This document shows positions 8,571 to 17,206 of a stretch of DNA of 64,000 bases, one piece after another. The stretch covers positions 12,868-76,867 of the forward strand of contig JACPRA010000020.1 of assembly GCA_016190215.1 (NCBI GenBank), read 5' to 3'. Under the pieces are notes generated by a model. That model did not search any database. It was not told where the DNA came from and saw only the letters and a program-made list of their open reading frames with translations. This DNA comes from Candidatus Omnitrophota bacterium (GTDB taxonomy: Bacteria > Omnitrophota > Gorgyraeia > Aquiviventales > Aquiviventaceae). Position 1 is the stretch's first letter. Each line of letters begins with the position of its first letter. A program made the position numbers and the translations under genes.

Positions 8571-9800
8571 CTTCAACTCCTCCACGATCAGCGGCCCGGT
8601 CGTCGGCCCGTTGAAGCTCATCAGCGCCTCATACGCCCCGCTGTCATACCAGCGGCTCGGCAGGCAGTAGCCGATATAGTCGTCGGCGAACCCCACGATC
8701 ATGCCGGTCCATCCCGCGGCGCGCGCCGCCTCCTTGAGCTCCAGGCCCAGCTCCGAGGAGAGATCGCACGGCACGCCGATGAAGGCGATCCCGCCGACGG
8801 CGGCGAGCGTGAGGGTCGCATCGTCGTCCACGAGCCGCCGGCTCATCCAGCCCGGCAACGCGGTTGTCGTGCTCAGGCGCGCCTTGGCCGGCGGCAGGGG
8901 GATGGTGCGCTGAACAGCCTCGATGTCCTCGCCGGTCTCCGGCGTCATGTGCTCCAGCAATCCCAGCGCCGCGGCCGCAATCGGCCGGCCGATGCGCTCC
9001 GCCCGCTCGAAGGCGTCGCCGGATTTGGCCGGCGCCTGATCGGCCACGGCACCGGCGAAAAACAAGACGACCGCGTTCGGAAATCGCTCGGCGATCGCGC
9101 GGCGGGCGGCGCCTGGATAATCCGCTGAGAGCTGCCGGTTCCAGCTTCCCAGGGACGTCGGATGCGCGGAGAAGTTGACGACGAGGGCCAGCGGATCGTT
9201 CGCGCCGGAGGGATAGACGCCCAGCACCTGCACGGCGGGATCCGTGCGGCCGCGCGGATCCATCCGATTTTGGATGAGCTGCGGAAGCTCGGCGCGCGCC
9301 GCGACGATGCTCGCGGGCGCCAGGCGCGACACGGCACGCTCGACCGACATCGCCGCGGCTTCCACGATGCCGTCGAAGGCCTCGGGGTCATAGTGCCCCA
9401 TGGAGATTTTTTCAAGGAATCGCCGGCCATAGGCGCCGGGGCCGGAGTGGGTATGCGTGGCCGCAATCAACATCGTCGCTGTCGGATCCACGCGGCCTCC
9501 GCGGAGCACGCGGTCGCGGATCGCCTGCGAGAGCGCTTCATCCACAATCAACACATCCAGGCTCACCAGCGCGATCGCGCGGCGATCGGTTGTCAAGACC
9601 AGGGCGTGCGCGCCGACCGGATCATGGGTGCCGGTCGAGGGCCGGCCCTTGCGCCGGCTGTAGCCGGCCAACGGCACGCCGCGCGGCAAAGCGAACTCGG
9701 CGGACGCGGCCCCGGCTTTGAGCTCGCCGCTCCATGCAGCCTCCGGCGACGCGGCGCATGCCAGGCAGAGCACGACGAGCGCCGGCCGGCCAATCCGCAT
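8526..9800 (-). CDS. Neutral/alkaline ceramidase-like hydrolase, secreted
   Basis: The start is MRIGRPALVVLCLACAASPEAAW. HTHSGPG and the downstream motifs match the non-lysosomal ceramidase N-terminal domain. The upstream part of the longer ORF 8526..10742 is antisense to cca and was rejected. Confidence 0.6.
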   Translation of the reverse strand: MRIGRPALVVLCLACAASPEAAWSGELKAGAASAEFALPRGVPLAGYSRRKGRPSTGTHDPVGAHALVLTTDRRAIALVSLDVLIVDEALSQAIRDRVLRGGRVDPTATMLIAATHTHSGPGAYGRRFLEKISMGHYDPEAFDGIVEAAAMSVERAVSRLAPASIVAARAELPQLIQNRMDPRGRTDPAVQVLGVYPSGANDPLALVVNFSAHPTSLGSWNRQLSADYPGAARRAIAERFPNAVVLFFAGAVADQAPAKSGDAFERAERIGRPIAAAALGLLEHMTPETGEDIEAVQRTIPLPPAKARLSTTTALPGWMSRRLVDDDATLTLAAVGGIAFIGVPCDLSSELGLELKEAARAAGWTGMIVGFADDYIGYCLPSRWYDSGAYEALMSFNGPTTGPLIVEELKRMMDEVIGDRAGNK

Positions 9801-11275
9801 TATCGCGTCCGCTCGAGCTCTTCCCGAGCGACGCGGAGGGCGTCCTCTACGCCGGCGACGCGTCCCTCGGCCTGCGCCTCCTGGACCGCTTGAAGCAACC
9901 GGCCGATCACCGGGCCGGGGGGCAGTCCCAACGCCTGCATCAGTTGGCGGCCGTCCAGCAACTTCGGCGGCGCGACCGCCTCTTCGGGTTTGAGGAAATA
10001 CGCGCGCAGCAGCTCCTCCAGCCGGGCGCGCTGCTGGTCGATCTGGTCCACATTGGAAGACGGGCCGCGCGTGGCCATCCGGTCCGCCCACCACACCAGC
10101 AGGCAGGCGGGGCCGTCTTCGCCCAGGTCGCGGAAGAACCGGAACACGGCGCGGGCCGTCAACTGCACTTCCCGGCTCAAGTGGCCGGGGCGCAGGTGGG
10201 AGCGAACGAGCTGCTCCACCATGGCGGTTTCGCGGTTCGCCAGCCGCAACCGCTCCAAGGGCGCGCCCACCAGCTCCGCGCCGAAGTGCTCGTGCCCCAG
10301 GAACCAAATGTCGCCATCCGGCTTGACCCGTTTGGTCGCCGGCTTGCCGACGTCGTGGAACAGGCCGGCCAGCTTGATGAGCGCTTTGCGGGAGCGCCCC
10401 TCCACCGGCTCGACGGCGCAATAGGCAGCCATGGGAGCGCGCAGCTCTTCGCTGAATTCGGCGAAATCCCGCAGCATGCGGTCGCCCTGCGCGACCGTTT
10501 CCAGCTCGTGCCCGAGCACGTCCAGGTGATGGTACGTGCCCTGGTCGAGCCCGCGCCCCGGCGCCAGCTCGGGAAACAACCGGCCGAGCACGCCAAGCTG
10601 CTCCAATGAGCGTAGGGCGGGCGCGGCCGCATCCGTCTGAAAGATCGCCAGCAGCTCGTCGCGGACGCGCTCGCCGGACACGCCGGCCAAACGCGGGGCT
10701 ACGGCCGAGATCAACGGCAGCATGGCGGGATCCAGGTGCCACCCAAGACCGGCGGCGAACCGGAACGCGCGCAGGATGCGGACCGGGTCGTCTTCAAACG
10801 TCTTGGGAAAGCAGGCGCGCAGCAGGCCGCGTTCGGCATCGCGGCGGCCGCCCAGCGGGTCCAGCAGGTGCGCGGCCCAGTGCGGGTCGCGGCACCAGCG
10901 CTCCAGCACAACGGCGAAGGCGTTGACGGTGAAATCCCGTCGGCTGAGATCCTCTTCGATGGTCCGCCCGCGGAACTCCGCGCAGTCCAGCTCCACCCGG
11001 CCGGACGACGACGTGAAGACGATGCGGGCGGTCGGCTGGCTTTCGTCGAGGCAGATATACGTCCCCCCGAGCCGGTCCGCCAGCCGGCGGGCGAAGGCCA
11101 GCGCCTCCGAGGGCACGGCCACGTCCACGTTCACGCGGGCGGGCGACGGCAGCGGACGCCCCAGGACGGCATCGCGCAGCAACCCGCCGACGAGATAGAC
11201 CGGCCGGCCTTCGGCGCGGCCGGCGTCAGCGACGCGGCCGAGCAGCGTGCGAAGCGATTCCAATGTCGTCGTCAT
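9800..11275 (-). CDS. cca: CCA tRNA nucleotidyltransferase / polyA polymerase family with HD domain
   Basis: Carries the LVGGLLRD ... RRDFTVNA head-domain motifs plus an HD region (LFHDVGK, HEHFGAELV). The TAA stop overlaps the ceramidase ATG (TAATG). Confidence 0.8.
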   Translation of the reverse strand: MTTTLESLRTLLGRVADAGRAEGRPVYLVGGLLRDAVLGRPLPSPARVNVDVAVPSEALAFARRLADRLGGTYICLDESQPTARIVFTSSSGRVELDCAEFRGRTIEEDLSRRDFTVNAFAVVLERWCRDPHWAAHLLDPLGGRRDAERGLLRACFPKTFEDDPVRILRAFRFAAGLGWHLDPAMLPLISAVAPRLAGVSGERVRDELLAIFQTDAAAPALRSLEQLGVLGRLFPELAPGRGLDQGTYHHLDVLGHELETVAQGDRMLRDFAEFSEELRAPMAAYCAVEPVEGRSRKALIKLAGLFHDVGKPATKRVKPDGDIWFLGHEHFGAELVGAPLERLRLANRETAMVEQLVRSHLRPGHLSREVQLTARAVFRFFRDLGEDGPACLLVWWADRMATRGPSSNVDQIDQQRARLEELLRAYFLKPEEAVAPPKLLDGRQLMQALGLPPGPVIGRLLQAVQEAQAEGRVAGVEDALRVAREELERTR

Positions 11276-11337
11276 CGGTTCGACGTCTATTATACCTGCC
11301 CCTTGACAAGCTTCCTGCGGTATTCAACAATACCCGC

Positions 11338-11730
11338 ATGCAGAAACGGTCGCGTACGAAAGAGCTGCTGGAATTTGAAATCGGATTTTATGAACGGCTC
11401 CTGGAGGCGCATCCGGATTTCACGGACGCGCTCACGGCCCTCGGCGAGGCGTACACGCGCAGCCGGCTCTACGACAAGGGGCTGGCGGTGGACCTGAAGC
11501 TGGCCCAGATCAAAGGCCGAGATCCGGTGGTCTGGTACAACCTCGCCTGCAGCTACTCCCTGCTCAACCGGCCCGAGGAATCTCTGGACGCGCTGCAGCG
11601 GGCCATCACGCTGGGGTACGACGACTTTTCCCACCTGGGCAAAGACCCGGACCTCTCGCACCTGCGGCAGTCGCCCAAGTTCCGCCGCTTTCTCGAAACC
11701 CTCGTCGCCGCCAAACCCTCAGCGGCGTGA
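11338..11730 (+). CDS. TPR-repeat protein
   Basis: Short protein with a TPR-like ALTALGEAY...VWYNLACSY pattern. The start is uncertain: the ATG at 11263 would overlap the cca start. Confidence 0.4.
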   Translation: MQKRSRTKELLEFEIGFYERLLEAHPDFTDALTALGEAYTRSRLYDKGLAVDLKLAQIKGRDPVVWYNLACSYSLLNRPEESLDALQRAITLGYDDFSHLGKDPDLSHLRQSPKFRRFLETLVAAKPSAA

Positions 11731-12228
11731 CGGCGGCAGCGCCCACAATCCACGCCGCTCGGCCCGCGCCTGCTTCGCCAGTTCGCGGAATTCCTCAGCG
11801 TGCTTCACGTTCGGAGGGATCGTCAGCAGGTGCGCGTAGCCCTCTTCCACGAGCTGCGCGTTGATCAAGCGCCCGTCCACGTATACATACGCCAGCAGCC
11901 GCCCATAGCGGTCGTGCGGCTCCACGTCGTATTCCAAGCGCACGGTATGGCCTTCCACGAGCCGCCGGTTGGCCTCGGAGGCTTCCCGGCCGAACGGTTC
12001 TGGGTCCTCCACCCAGCGATCCCCTGCTCGCCGGCGCGTCTCCGGCGTATCAATGCCGATATAGCGCACGAGACGCCCGTCCGTCAGCTCAATGGTATCG
12101 CCGTCAATGACGCGGCGTACGCGGGCGTCCGTCGGGAGCGGGGCCGCGCAGCTTGCAAGGGGAAGGACAAGGCTGAGAAGGACGGCGGCGCACCACCGGC
12201 CGGCCGATCGGCGCACGGTGCGGATCAC
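11719..12228 (-). CDS. Thermonuclease (SNase-like) lipoprotein
   Basis: VIDGDTIEL...YIGIDTPE ... YGRLLAYVYVDGRLINAQLVEEGYA matches the staphylococcal nuclease family. Has a lipobox LASC. Confidence 0.75.
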   Translation of the reverse strand: MIRTVRRSAGRWCAAVLLSLVLPLASCAAPLPTDARVRRVIDGDTIELTDGRLVRYIGIDTPETRRRAGDRWVEDPEPFGREASEANRRLVEGHTVRLEYDVEPHDRYGRLLAYVYVDGRLINAQLVEEGYAHLLTIPPNVKHAEEFRELAKQARAERRGLWALPPSRR

Positions 12229-12539
12229 TTCTTGAGGGATTTGCCGACTTTCGCTTCCAGCGACGCGACTTTTGAGGTGATACGACCCGACCCGGGCTGA
12301 TCGCGCCGGTCGTCCACGCGGATGGTCGTCATGACGCGCTGGGCGTTTTTCAGCATCGCCTCATGGCACTGCTTGGCCAGCTTCATCACATCGTCCCAGC
12401 TGCCTTCGACCACGGTGCCCATCGGGCCGACCCGGTAGTCGAGCCCGCTGGCGTCAATCAGCTTGGCCACCTGCGCCAGCGCCGGGCTCACGCTGGCGCT
12501 TCCCGTACCCAGCGGCACAATTTCCAGCTCAGCCAGCAT
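12225..12539 (-). CDS. MTH1187/YkoF-family small protein
   Basis: 104 aa. EIVPLGTGSASVSPALAQVAKLIDASGLDYRVGPMGTVVEG fits the DUF77 pattern. It has a 4-nt overlap with the thermonuclease start. Confidence 0.6.
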   Translation of the reverse strand: MLAELEIVPLGTGSASVSPALAQVAKLIDASGLDYRVGPMGTVVEGSWDDVMKLAKQCHEAMLKNAQRVMTTIRVDDRRDQPGSGRITSKVASLEAKVGKSLKK

Positions 12540-12575
12540 GGGTCTCCTCCTCGCGGTCCTGTAACCTTCCTGGAC

Positions 12576-13979
12576 TTAACGACAATCAACAGTGGCCCAA
12601 CCCGTCCGATACTCGAGCAGCCAGCTATTTCCAGACGAGGGGCATGGTGAGGTGCAGCTCGTTCCTCCCGTCGCAATAATCGTGGAGCTTCCACTGTAAC
12701 AGCTCGGGCCGGTATATGCATGACAGACTCTCCATCCACCCCCGGCACCGCACGATGGAACGGTGGATGAGGTAAATCCGCCGGTACCCCCCGGCACCGT
12801 CCCCCTGTAACACGGTCCAGTAGGCCACACACCCAACACCTCCTCAGAAGATGTTGTGGTGTAGCTGTCGAGGCAGGTCCACTCCGGATTGCGCGTCTCC
12901 TCCCCGTCACAATTATAGTCGTAGCTTCCGCTGCTTCTCGGCGAGGAGAAAAACGCGTTCTGTTCAGGATGGACATTGTTGTTCCCATCATCGCAGTCCG
13001 AAGGAGTCGTCCTGCTGGTTCGATAGCCGCCGAGGCTCTCACAAGAGATGCCCCGACACACCGTCACTACCCCAGCGAGCGTCCAAACGTCGTTGTCGCT
13101 ATCCGGATAGCACGCGAGCAGCTGCCATTGGCTTCCGTCCGTTGGCGCGCAGTCAGTGCCATCATGGCTCGCAGTCCACCCGGTCGCCGGAGCTGGCTCT
13201 CCACAGACTTGGGTGGCCACGGCGTCAGGGGTGGTATGACCATCATTGTCCGGATCGGGATAGCGGGTATACAGCGCGTATTTGGTCGGATCGCCGTCAT
13301 CGCAGTCATCAGGACTCGAGCGGGTTGTCTTCCATCCGGCTGGGAGAAACGGATCCCCTTGAATCGTCTGCAACTCACCAATGGTATGCCCATCCCCATC
13401 ACTATCACGGTAGGCTTGATACGTTTGGCCTCCAGGGGGGTCCGCACACGCGACAGAGACTGGAAGCAACGTCCCATCAGTCTTGATATAGAGGTTATGA
13501 CAGGTCGGGTTGCCGACCGGACTGTCCACGTCAACCAGTCGCAAGCCGGTGCCGCGAACCGGCAGAAAGACGTCTCCCGCCACCGCCAACGGCGCTCCCG
13601 GCTGCGTGGTTCCGATCCCGACCCGGCCCTCCATGGTCACCAGCAGCCCGGCGGGTTTGCACTCCTGGTCGTCCAGCGCGCGATCCGCATTCTCGTCATA
13701 CCAGGCGGTCCCGCTCGGACAGGGGCCGGTCGTCCCGCCGACCATTGTGGGGTTGGTGGCCGGGGAGCCGGCGACCACCAGCCGATGCAAAATCGGTTGA
13801 TTGTCCGAATCGGTAGGCCGCTGGCCGCCGATGGCCAGCGTTTCGGTAGCACGCAGCTCCTGATAGACCCCGCGCGGGGAGGGGTAGTAGGTCGTGAGGG
13901 TGAGGTCTTCGGCGAGGGCGTAGGCCAGGGTGCCCACGCTAACCAGCACGACCAACCAGTTCCCGATTCTCGTTCGCAT
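12576..13979 (-). CDS. Secreted Cys/Asp-rich protein with shared N-terminal module (paralogue A)
   Basis: Has a signal peptide then EDLTLTTYYPSPRGVYQELR. The body carries repeated DSDGDGHT / DPDNDGHT / DCDDGDP / DCDDGNN motifs and is Cys-rich. 467 aa. Confidence 0.8.
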   Translation of the reverse strand: MRTRIGNWLVVLVSVGTLAYALAEDLTLTTYYPSPRGVYQELRATETLAIGGQRPTDSDNQPILHRLVVAGSPATNPTMVGGTTGPCPSGTAWYDENADRALDDQECKPAGLLVTMEGRVGIGTTQPGAPLAVAGDVFLPVRGTGLRLVDVDSPVGNPTCHNLYIKTDGTLLPVSVACADPPGGQTYQAYRDSDGDGHTIGELQTIQGDPFLPAGWKTTRSSPDDCDDGDPTKYALYTRYPDPDNDGHTTPDAVATQVCGEPAPATGWTASHDGTDCAPTDGSQWQLLACYPDSDNDVWTLAGVVTVCRGISCESLGGYRTSRTTPSDCDDGNNNVHPEQNAFFSSPRSSGSYDYNCDGEETRNPEWTCLDSYTTTSSEEVLGVWPTGPCYRGTVPGGTGGFTSSTVPSCGAGGGWRVCHAYTGPSCYSGSSTIIATGGTSCTSPCPSSGNSWLLEYRTGWATVDCR

Positions 13980-14130
13980 GGTGGTGGGGCTCTCCGGGAT
14001 ACTCGGAACACCTCAAGAACTTTTCATGCCATTATACGCCGGTACGGCGTCTCTGAGTTTGGCACCAACAGGAACGCCTCCGATGCTCCCCTACGTTACG
14101 TGTCCCCGCGGAACCCGGTACGGATTTCCA

Positions 14131-15408
14131 TCAATGATATACCTCCTCAACGCAATAGTAGACGTTGTTGCCTGCGCTGGAAGCAAAGTTCTGATAGAAC
14201 TGAACGCCGAAACACGTAACGTTCGAACCAGACCCGACATGGTCGGACGCAAACAGGCGGCAACTGCTCCCCTGTGGGCACGGGTTCACAGAACAGGCAC
14301 TGCCGGTTAACCAACGGTATGGAGCAGTGACGACAGGCCCGCAGCTGCTGTTGAGAACTCCCCACTCTTGGCTCGTCGTATCATCGGCCGTCCCATTGCA
14401 ATCTTGGTCGAGACCATCAGGACTGCTCGTCGCATTGCCGCTGCTCGGAAAACACATCGAACAGCTATCATTGCAATCGGTATTGGAGGCCGCCAGATTC
14501 GTTCCGCAGACGCCCGGCCCCGAAGCACAAATCGGCGACCCGCCTGCGGCATTTCGGTCTCCATACTCGTCATTATCGCCATCGGGATAACAGGTCACGA
14601 GCACATGCACCGCCGCATCGTTGTCGTTGCAGTCCGCCGACGCACTGCTGGTCGTCTTCAAATACGCTGGATGAGTGCCGGCGGCGCACACCGTGGCGGG
14701 ATCGGCCAGCGTCCAGCCATCGTTGTCTTGATCCGGCCAGCCGGTGTAGGACTGCCAAACGCTGGGGTCGTTGTCGTCACAATCGTTCCCCTGTTGGGAC
14801 GCTCGCCAGCCCCCCTGCTCAAACGTTTCCAAGGAAACATTCTGCGCCCCTCCTACGGTGTAACCATCGTAGTCGCTGTCCCGATAGGCGGAGAGTGTCC
14901 GGCCGCCAGGCGGATCCACGCAGGTGACGGCGAGCGTCAATAGCGCACCGGTCGAATCCACGTACAGGTTATAGCATTTCGTCGGGTCGTTGATGGCGCG
15001 CATGCGCAGGCCGGCGCCTTGGGTTTCAATGGCAATGTCGCCGCCCTTAACGCCGAACGTCGCCGCCGGCTGCACGGTCCCGATCCCCACCGGCCCCGAT
15101 GTGCTCACCACTAATGCGGTCCGCTTGCACTCTCCCTGCGCGTCCTTCAACCCATTCTGATTCTCGTCATACCAGTCATACCCGGCGGGACAGTCCCCGA
15201 ATTCCGTTCCCACGCTTCCCCCCACGATTGTGAGAACCCCCTTGGACTCGCTCGTCCCCAGGCTGGCGTTATCTACCACCCGCAAGGATTTATAGACCCC
15301 GCGCGGGGAGGGGTAGTAGGTGGTCAGCGTGAGGTCTTCAGCAATCGCATAGGCGACCGCGCCGAAGCACGCCAGCAGCAGCAGCCCGCGCGACCGGATC
15401 GGACTCAT
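14131..15408 (-). CDS. Secreted Cys/Asp-rich protein with shared N-terminal module (paralogue B)
   Basis: The same N-terminal module (AEDLTLTTYYPSPRGVYKSLR) and the same DxDxDG / DCDD / DCND Cys-rich motifs. The ATG overlaps the ICMT stop (ATGA). Confidence 0.8.
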   Translation of the reverse strand: MSPIRSRGLLLLACFGAVAYAIAEDLTLTTYYPSPRGVYKSLRVVDNASLGTSESKGVLTIVGGSVGTEFGDCPAGYDWYDENQNGLKDAQGECKRTALVVSTSGPVGIGTVQPAATFGVKGGDIAIETQGAGLRMRAINDPTKCYNLYVDSTGALLTLAVTCVDPPGGRTLSAYRDSDYDGYTVGGAQNVSLETFEQGGWRASQQGNDCDDNDPSVWQSYTGWPDQDNDGWTLADPATVCAAGTHPAYLKTTSSASADCNDNDAAVHVLVTCYPDGDNDEYGDRNAAGGSPICASGPGVCGTNLAASNTDCNDSCSMCFPSSGNATSSPDGLDQDCNGTADDTTSQEWGVLNSSCGPVVTAPYRWLTGSACSVNPCPQGSSCRLFASDHVGSGSNVTCFGVQFYQNFASSAGNNVYYCVEEVYH

Positions 15409-16103
15409 CGTTTCGGCAGACCCGCCCGGCAGCGCAATTCAGCGATGCCGTCCGTCAGGATGCACGCCACCAAAACGAGCGCCAGCACGATATGCGTGAG
15501 CCGCGATGCCCCGGCAAACAGCTCGCCCTCCTGCAAGAACTCTTCGTGGAAATACAACCCCACCAGGCCCACCCCCAGCCAGAGCACCGTCTTGAGCTCT
15601 TTGCTGGCCTGGATGCCCTGCCGGCTCCACGTGCCGTTCCGGTGGGCATACCGGCGCCAGGTCGGAACCCATCGCGGCACCGCCCGCTGGTACGCCGCGT
15701 AAGCCTCGCCCCACTCTTCGAGGATCAGCGCTTCTTCCTGGCGGACTTTCGGGACGTACGTCAGCGCATAGAACAGCACGACGCCGAGGGCGCCCCACAC
15801 GCTTTGGGCCGCCACGCACAACCCGATGCCGATCAGAAAGGTCCCCACGTAGAGGGGATTGCGCATGTAGGCATAGGGCCCGGCGGTGATGAGCGAGCCA
15901 ATTTTTTTCGCCTCAAGCCCAGCGTGAGCCGTATTCACTTTGCGATGGCCGACGTAGCCGTTCGCCCAGAGGCGGATCACCTCGCCAAGCAGCGCCAGCA
16001 GGACCCCGACGCGCAGCGACGTCTCGCTGGTGCGGGCGGTCAGCACCCCGAAGACCACCAGCGGATAGACCCAGATGAATCGCAACTTTCGAAACGATCT
16101 CAT
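15405..16103 (-). CDS. Isoprenylcysteine carboxyl methyltransferase (ICMT/PEMT) family membrane methyltransferase
   Basis: A multi-TM protein with the YMRNPLYVG ... EEALILEEWGEAYAAYQRAVPRWVP C-terminal signature of ICMT/phospholipid methyltransferase. The start overlaps the Ste24 stop (ATGA). Confidence 0.7.
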   Translation of the reverse strand: MRSFRKLRFIWVYPLVVFGVLTARTSETSLRVGVLLALLGEVIRLWANGYVGHRKVNTAHAGLEAKKIGSLITAGPYAYMRNPLYVGTFLIGIGLCVAAQSVWGALGVVLFYALTYVPKVRQEEALILEEWGEAYAAYQRAVPRWVPTWRRYAHRNGTWSRQGIQASKELKTVLWLGVGLVGLYFHEEFLQEGELFAGASRLTHIVLALVLVACILTDGIAELRCRAGLPKR

Positions 16104-17206
16104 GACGCGCCCTGCTCCGCCACCCGAATCCGCTCGCTGATCGGCGGGTGATCATACAGCAGCCACACGATCCAGGCCGGCGGGCTGGGATCGGCGAGGT
16201 TCAACTGACCCAGCCGCTTGAGCGCCGACGCGAACGCGCGGGGCTGGTTCGTCAGCCGCACCGCGAACCGGTCCGCCTGCCACTCGAACGCGCGCGAGAT
16301 CGCCTGCTGAATGGGCAGCCCCAGGAGGCCCACCGCCGACAGGGCCAGCAGTAAAATTGGAAACCCGCGCAGATCATCCAGGGCGGCCATCAGGCCGGCC
16401 GGGATGGCCCAGCCATGCACCCAGCTATTGATGAGGCTCAGCGCGATCCACGACCCGACCCCGCTGATGGCCAGCATCCGCACCAGGTGGCGATGCACGT
16501 GGTGCCCCAGCTCATGCGCCAGCACGGTTTCAATTTCTTCCGGAGGAAACGATTCGAGCAGTGTGTCGGACACCAGCACCCGCCGGGTGCGCCCCAAGCC
16601 GGTGAGGGCGGCGTTGGCCTTGCGCGTCTCCTTCCCCAGCTCCACGCGGAAGACGCCCAGGGCCGGCAGGCCGATGCGGTCGCACAAGGCCAGGAGGCGC
16701 GGGGCCACCTCGCGATCCCGCAGCGGCTCCGTCCGATAAAACAACCGCAGGAGCCAGGTGGGAAACACGCGCGTCATCACCACGCTGAGGCCCATCCAGC
16801 CCAGCGCCGCCACCAGCGGCCAGGCGGCGGGCCACTGCCGGATCAGCGCGTACCAGCCTTCCATGATCAGCAGCCCGAACGTTCCGCTCAGGAGCAGCTG
16901 CTTCGCCTCGCGACGCGCCCATTCGCCGGGACTCATGCGAGACAATCCGAAGCGATGTTCCAAGACGAACCCGCCATACCAGCGCAGCGGCAGCATGATC
17001 AGCGCATTGACGATCCCGAACACCACGAGGTAGGCCGCCAGCGTGATGCTGAAGGGCGCGGCCCACGCTTCCACGCGCGCGGCCACGGCCGCCGAGCATC
17101 CGCCGGCGTGATAGCCCCACACGAACAGAAACCACCCCAGCAGCTCCAGGAGCGCCACGCGGTAGCGCAGCGTCGCGTACCGGCGGGCCTGGGTGTCTTC
17201 AATCAT
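16100..17206 (-). CDS. Ste24-type M48 zinc metalloprotease (CAAX prenyl protease-like)
   Basis: HELGHHVHRH is an HExxH motif. A long multi-TM N-terminal domain precedes the M48 domain (Ste24 architecture, about 370 aa). The start at 17206 (MIEDTQ) overlaps the glpD stop by 8 nt. Confidence 0.7.
   Translation of the reverse strand: MIEDTQARRYATLRYRVALLELLGWFLFVWGYHAGGCSAAVAARVEAWAAPFSITLAAYLVVFGIVNALIMLPLRWYGGFVLEHRFGLSRMSPGEWARREAKQLLLSGTFGLLIMEGWYALIRQWPAAWPLVAALGWMGLSVVMTRVFPTWLLRLFYRTEPLRDREVAPRLLALCDRIGLPALGVFRVELGKETRKANAALTGLGRTRRVLVSDTLLESFPPEEIETVLAHELGHHVHRHLVRMLAISGVGSWIALSLINSWVHGWAIPAGLMAALDDLRGFPILLLALSAVGLLGLPIQQAISRAFEWQADRFAVRLTNQPRAFASALKRLGQLNLADPSPPAWIVWLLYDHPPISERIRVAEQGAS

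Noticed and set aside
8526-10742. 738-aa ORF on the minus strand
   Set aside because: Only the downstream 425 codons (from MRIGRP at 9800) look like a real protein, the ceramidase. The upstream part is Arg/Ala/Gly-rich, typical of high-GC antisense ORFs, and overlaps the well-supported cca gene in another frame.
12969-14219. 416-aa plus-strand ORF and other ORFs overlapping paralogues A and B
   Set aside because: Antisense or shadow frames of the paralogue genes. The minus-strand frames have signal peptides and the conserved module.
12576-15408. Canonical CAAX-box substrates for the adjacent Ste24/ICMT pair
   Set aside because: Neither paralogue (nor C or D) ends in Cys-a-a-X, so I did not call them prenylated CAAX proteins. 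The linkage is reported as an open question instead.
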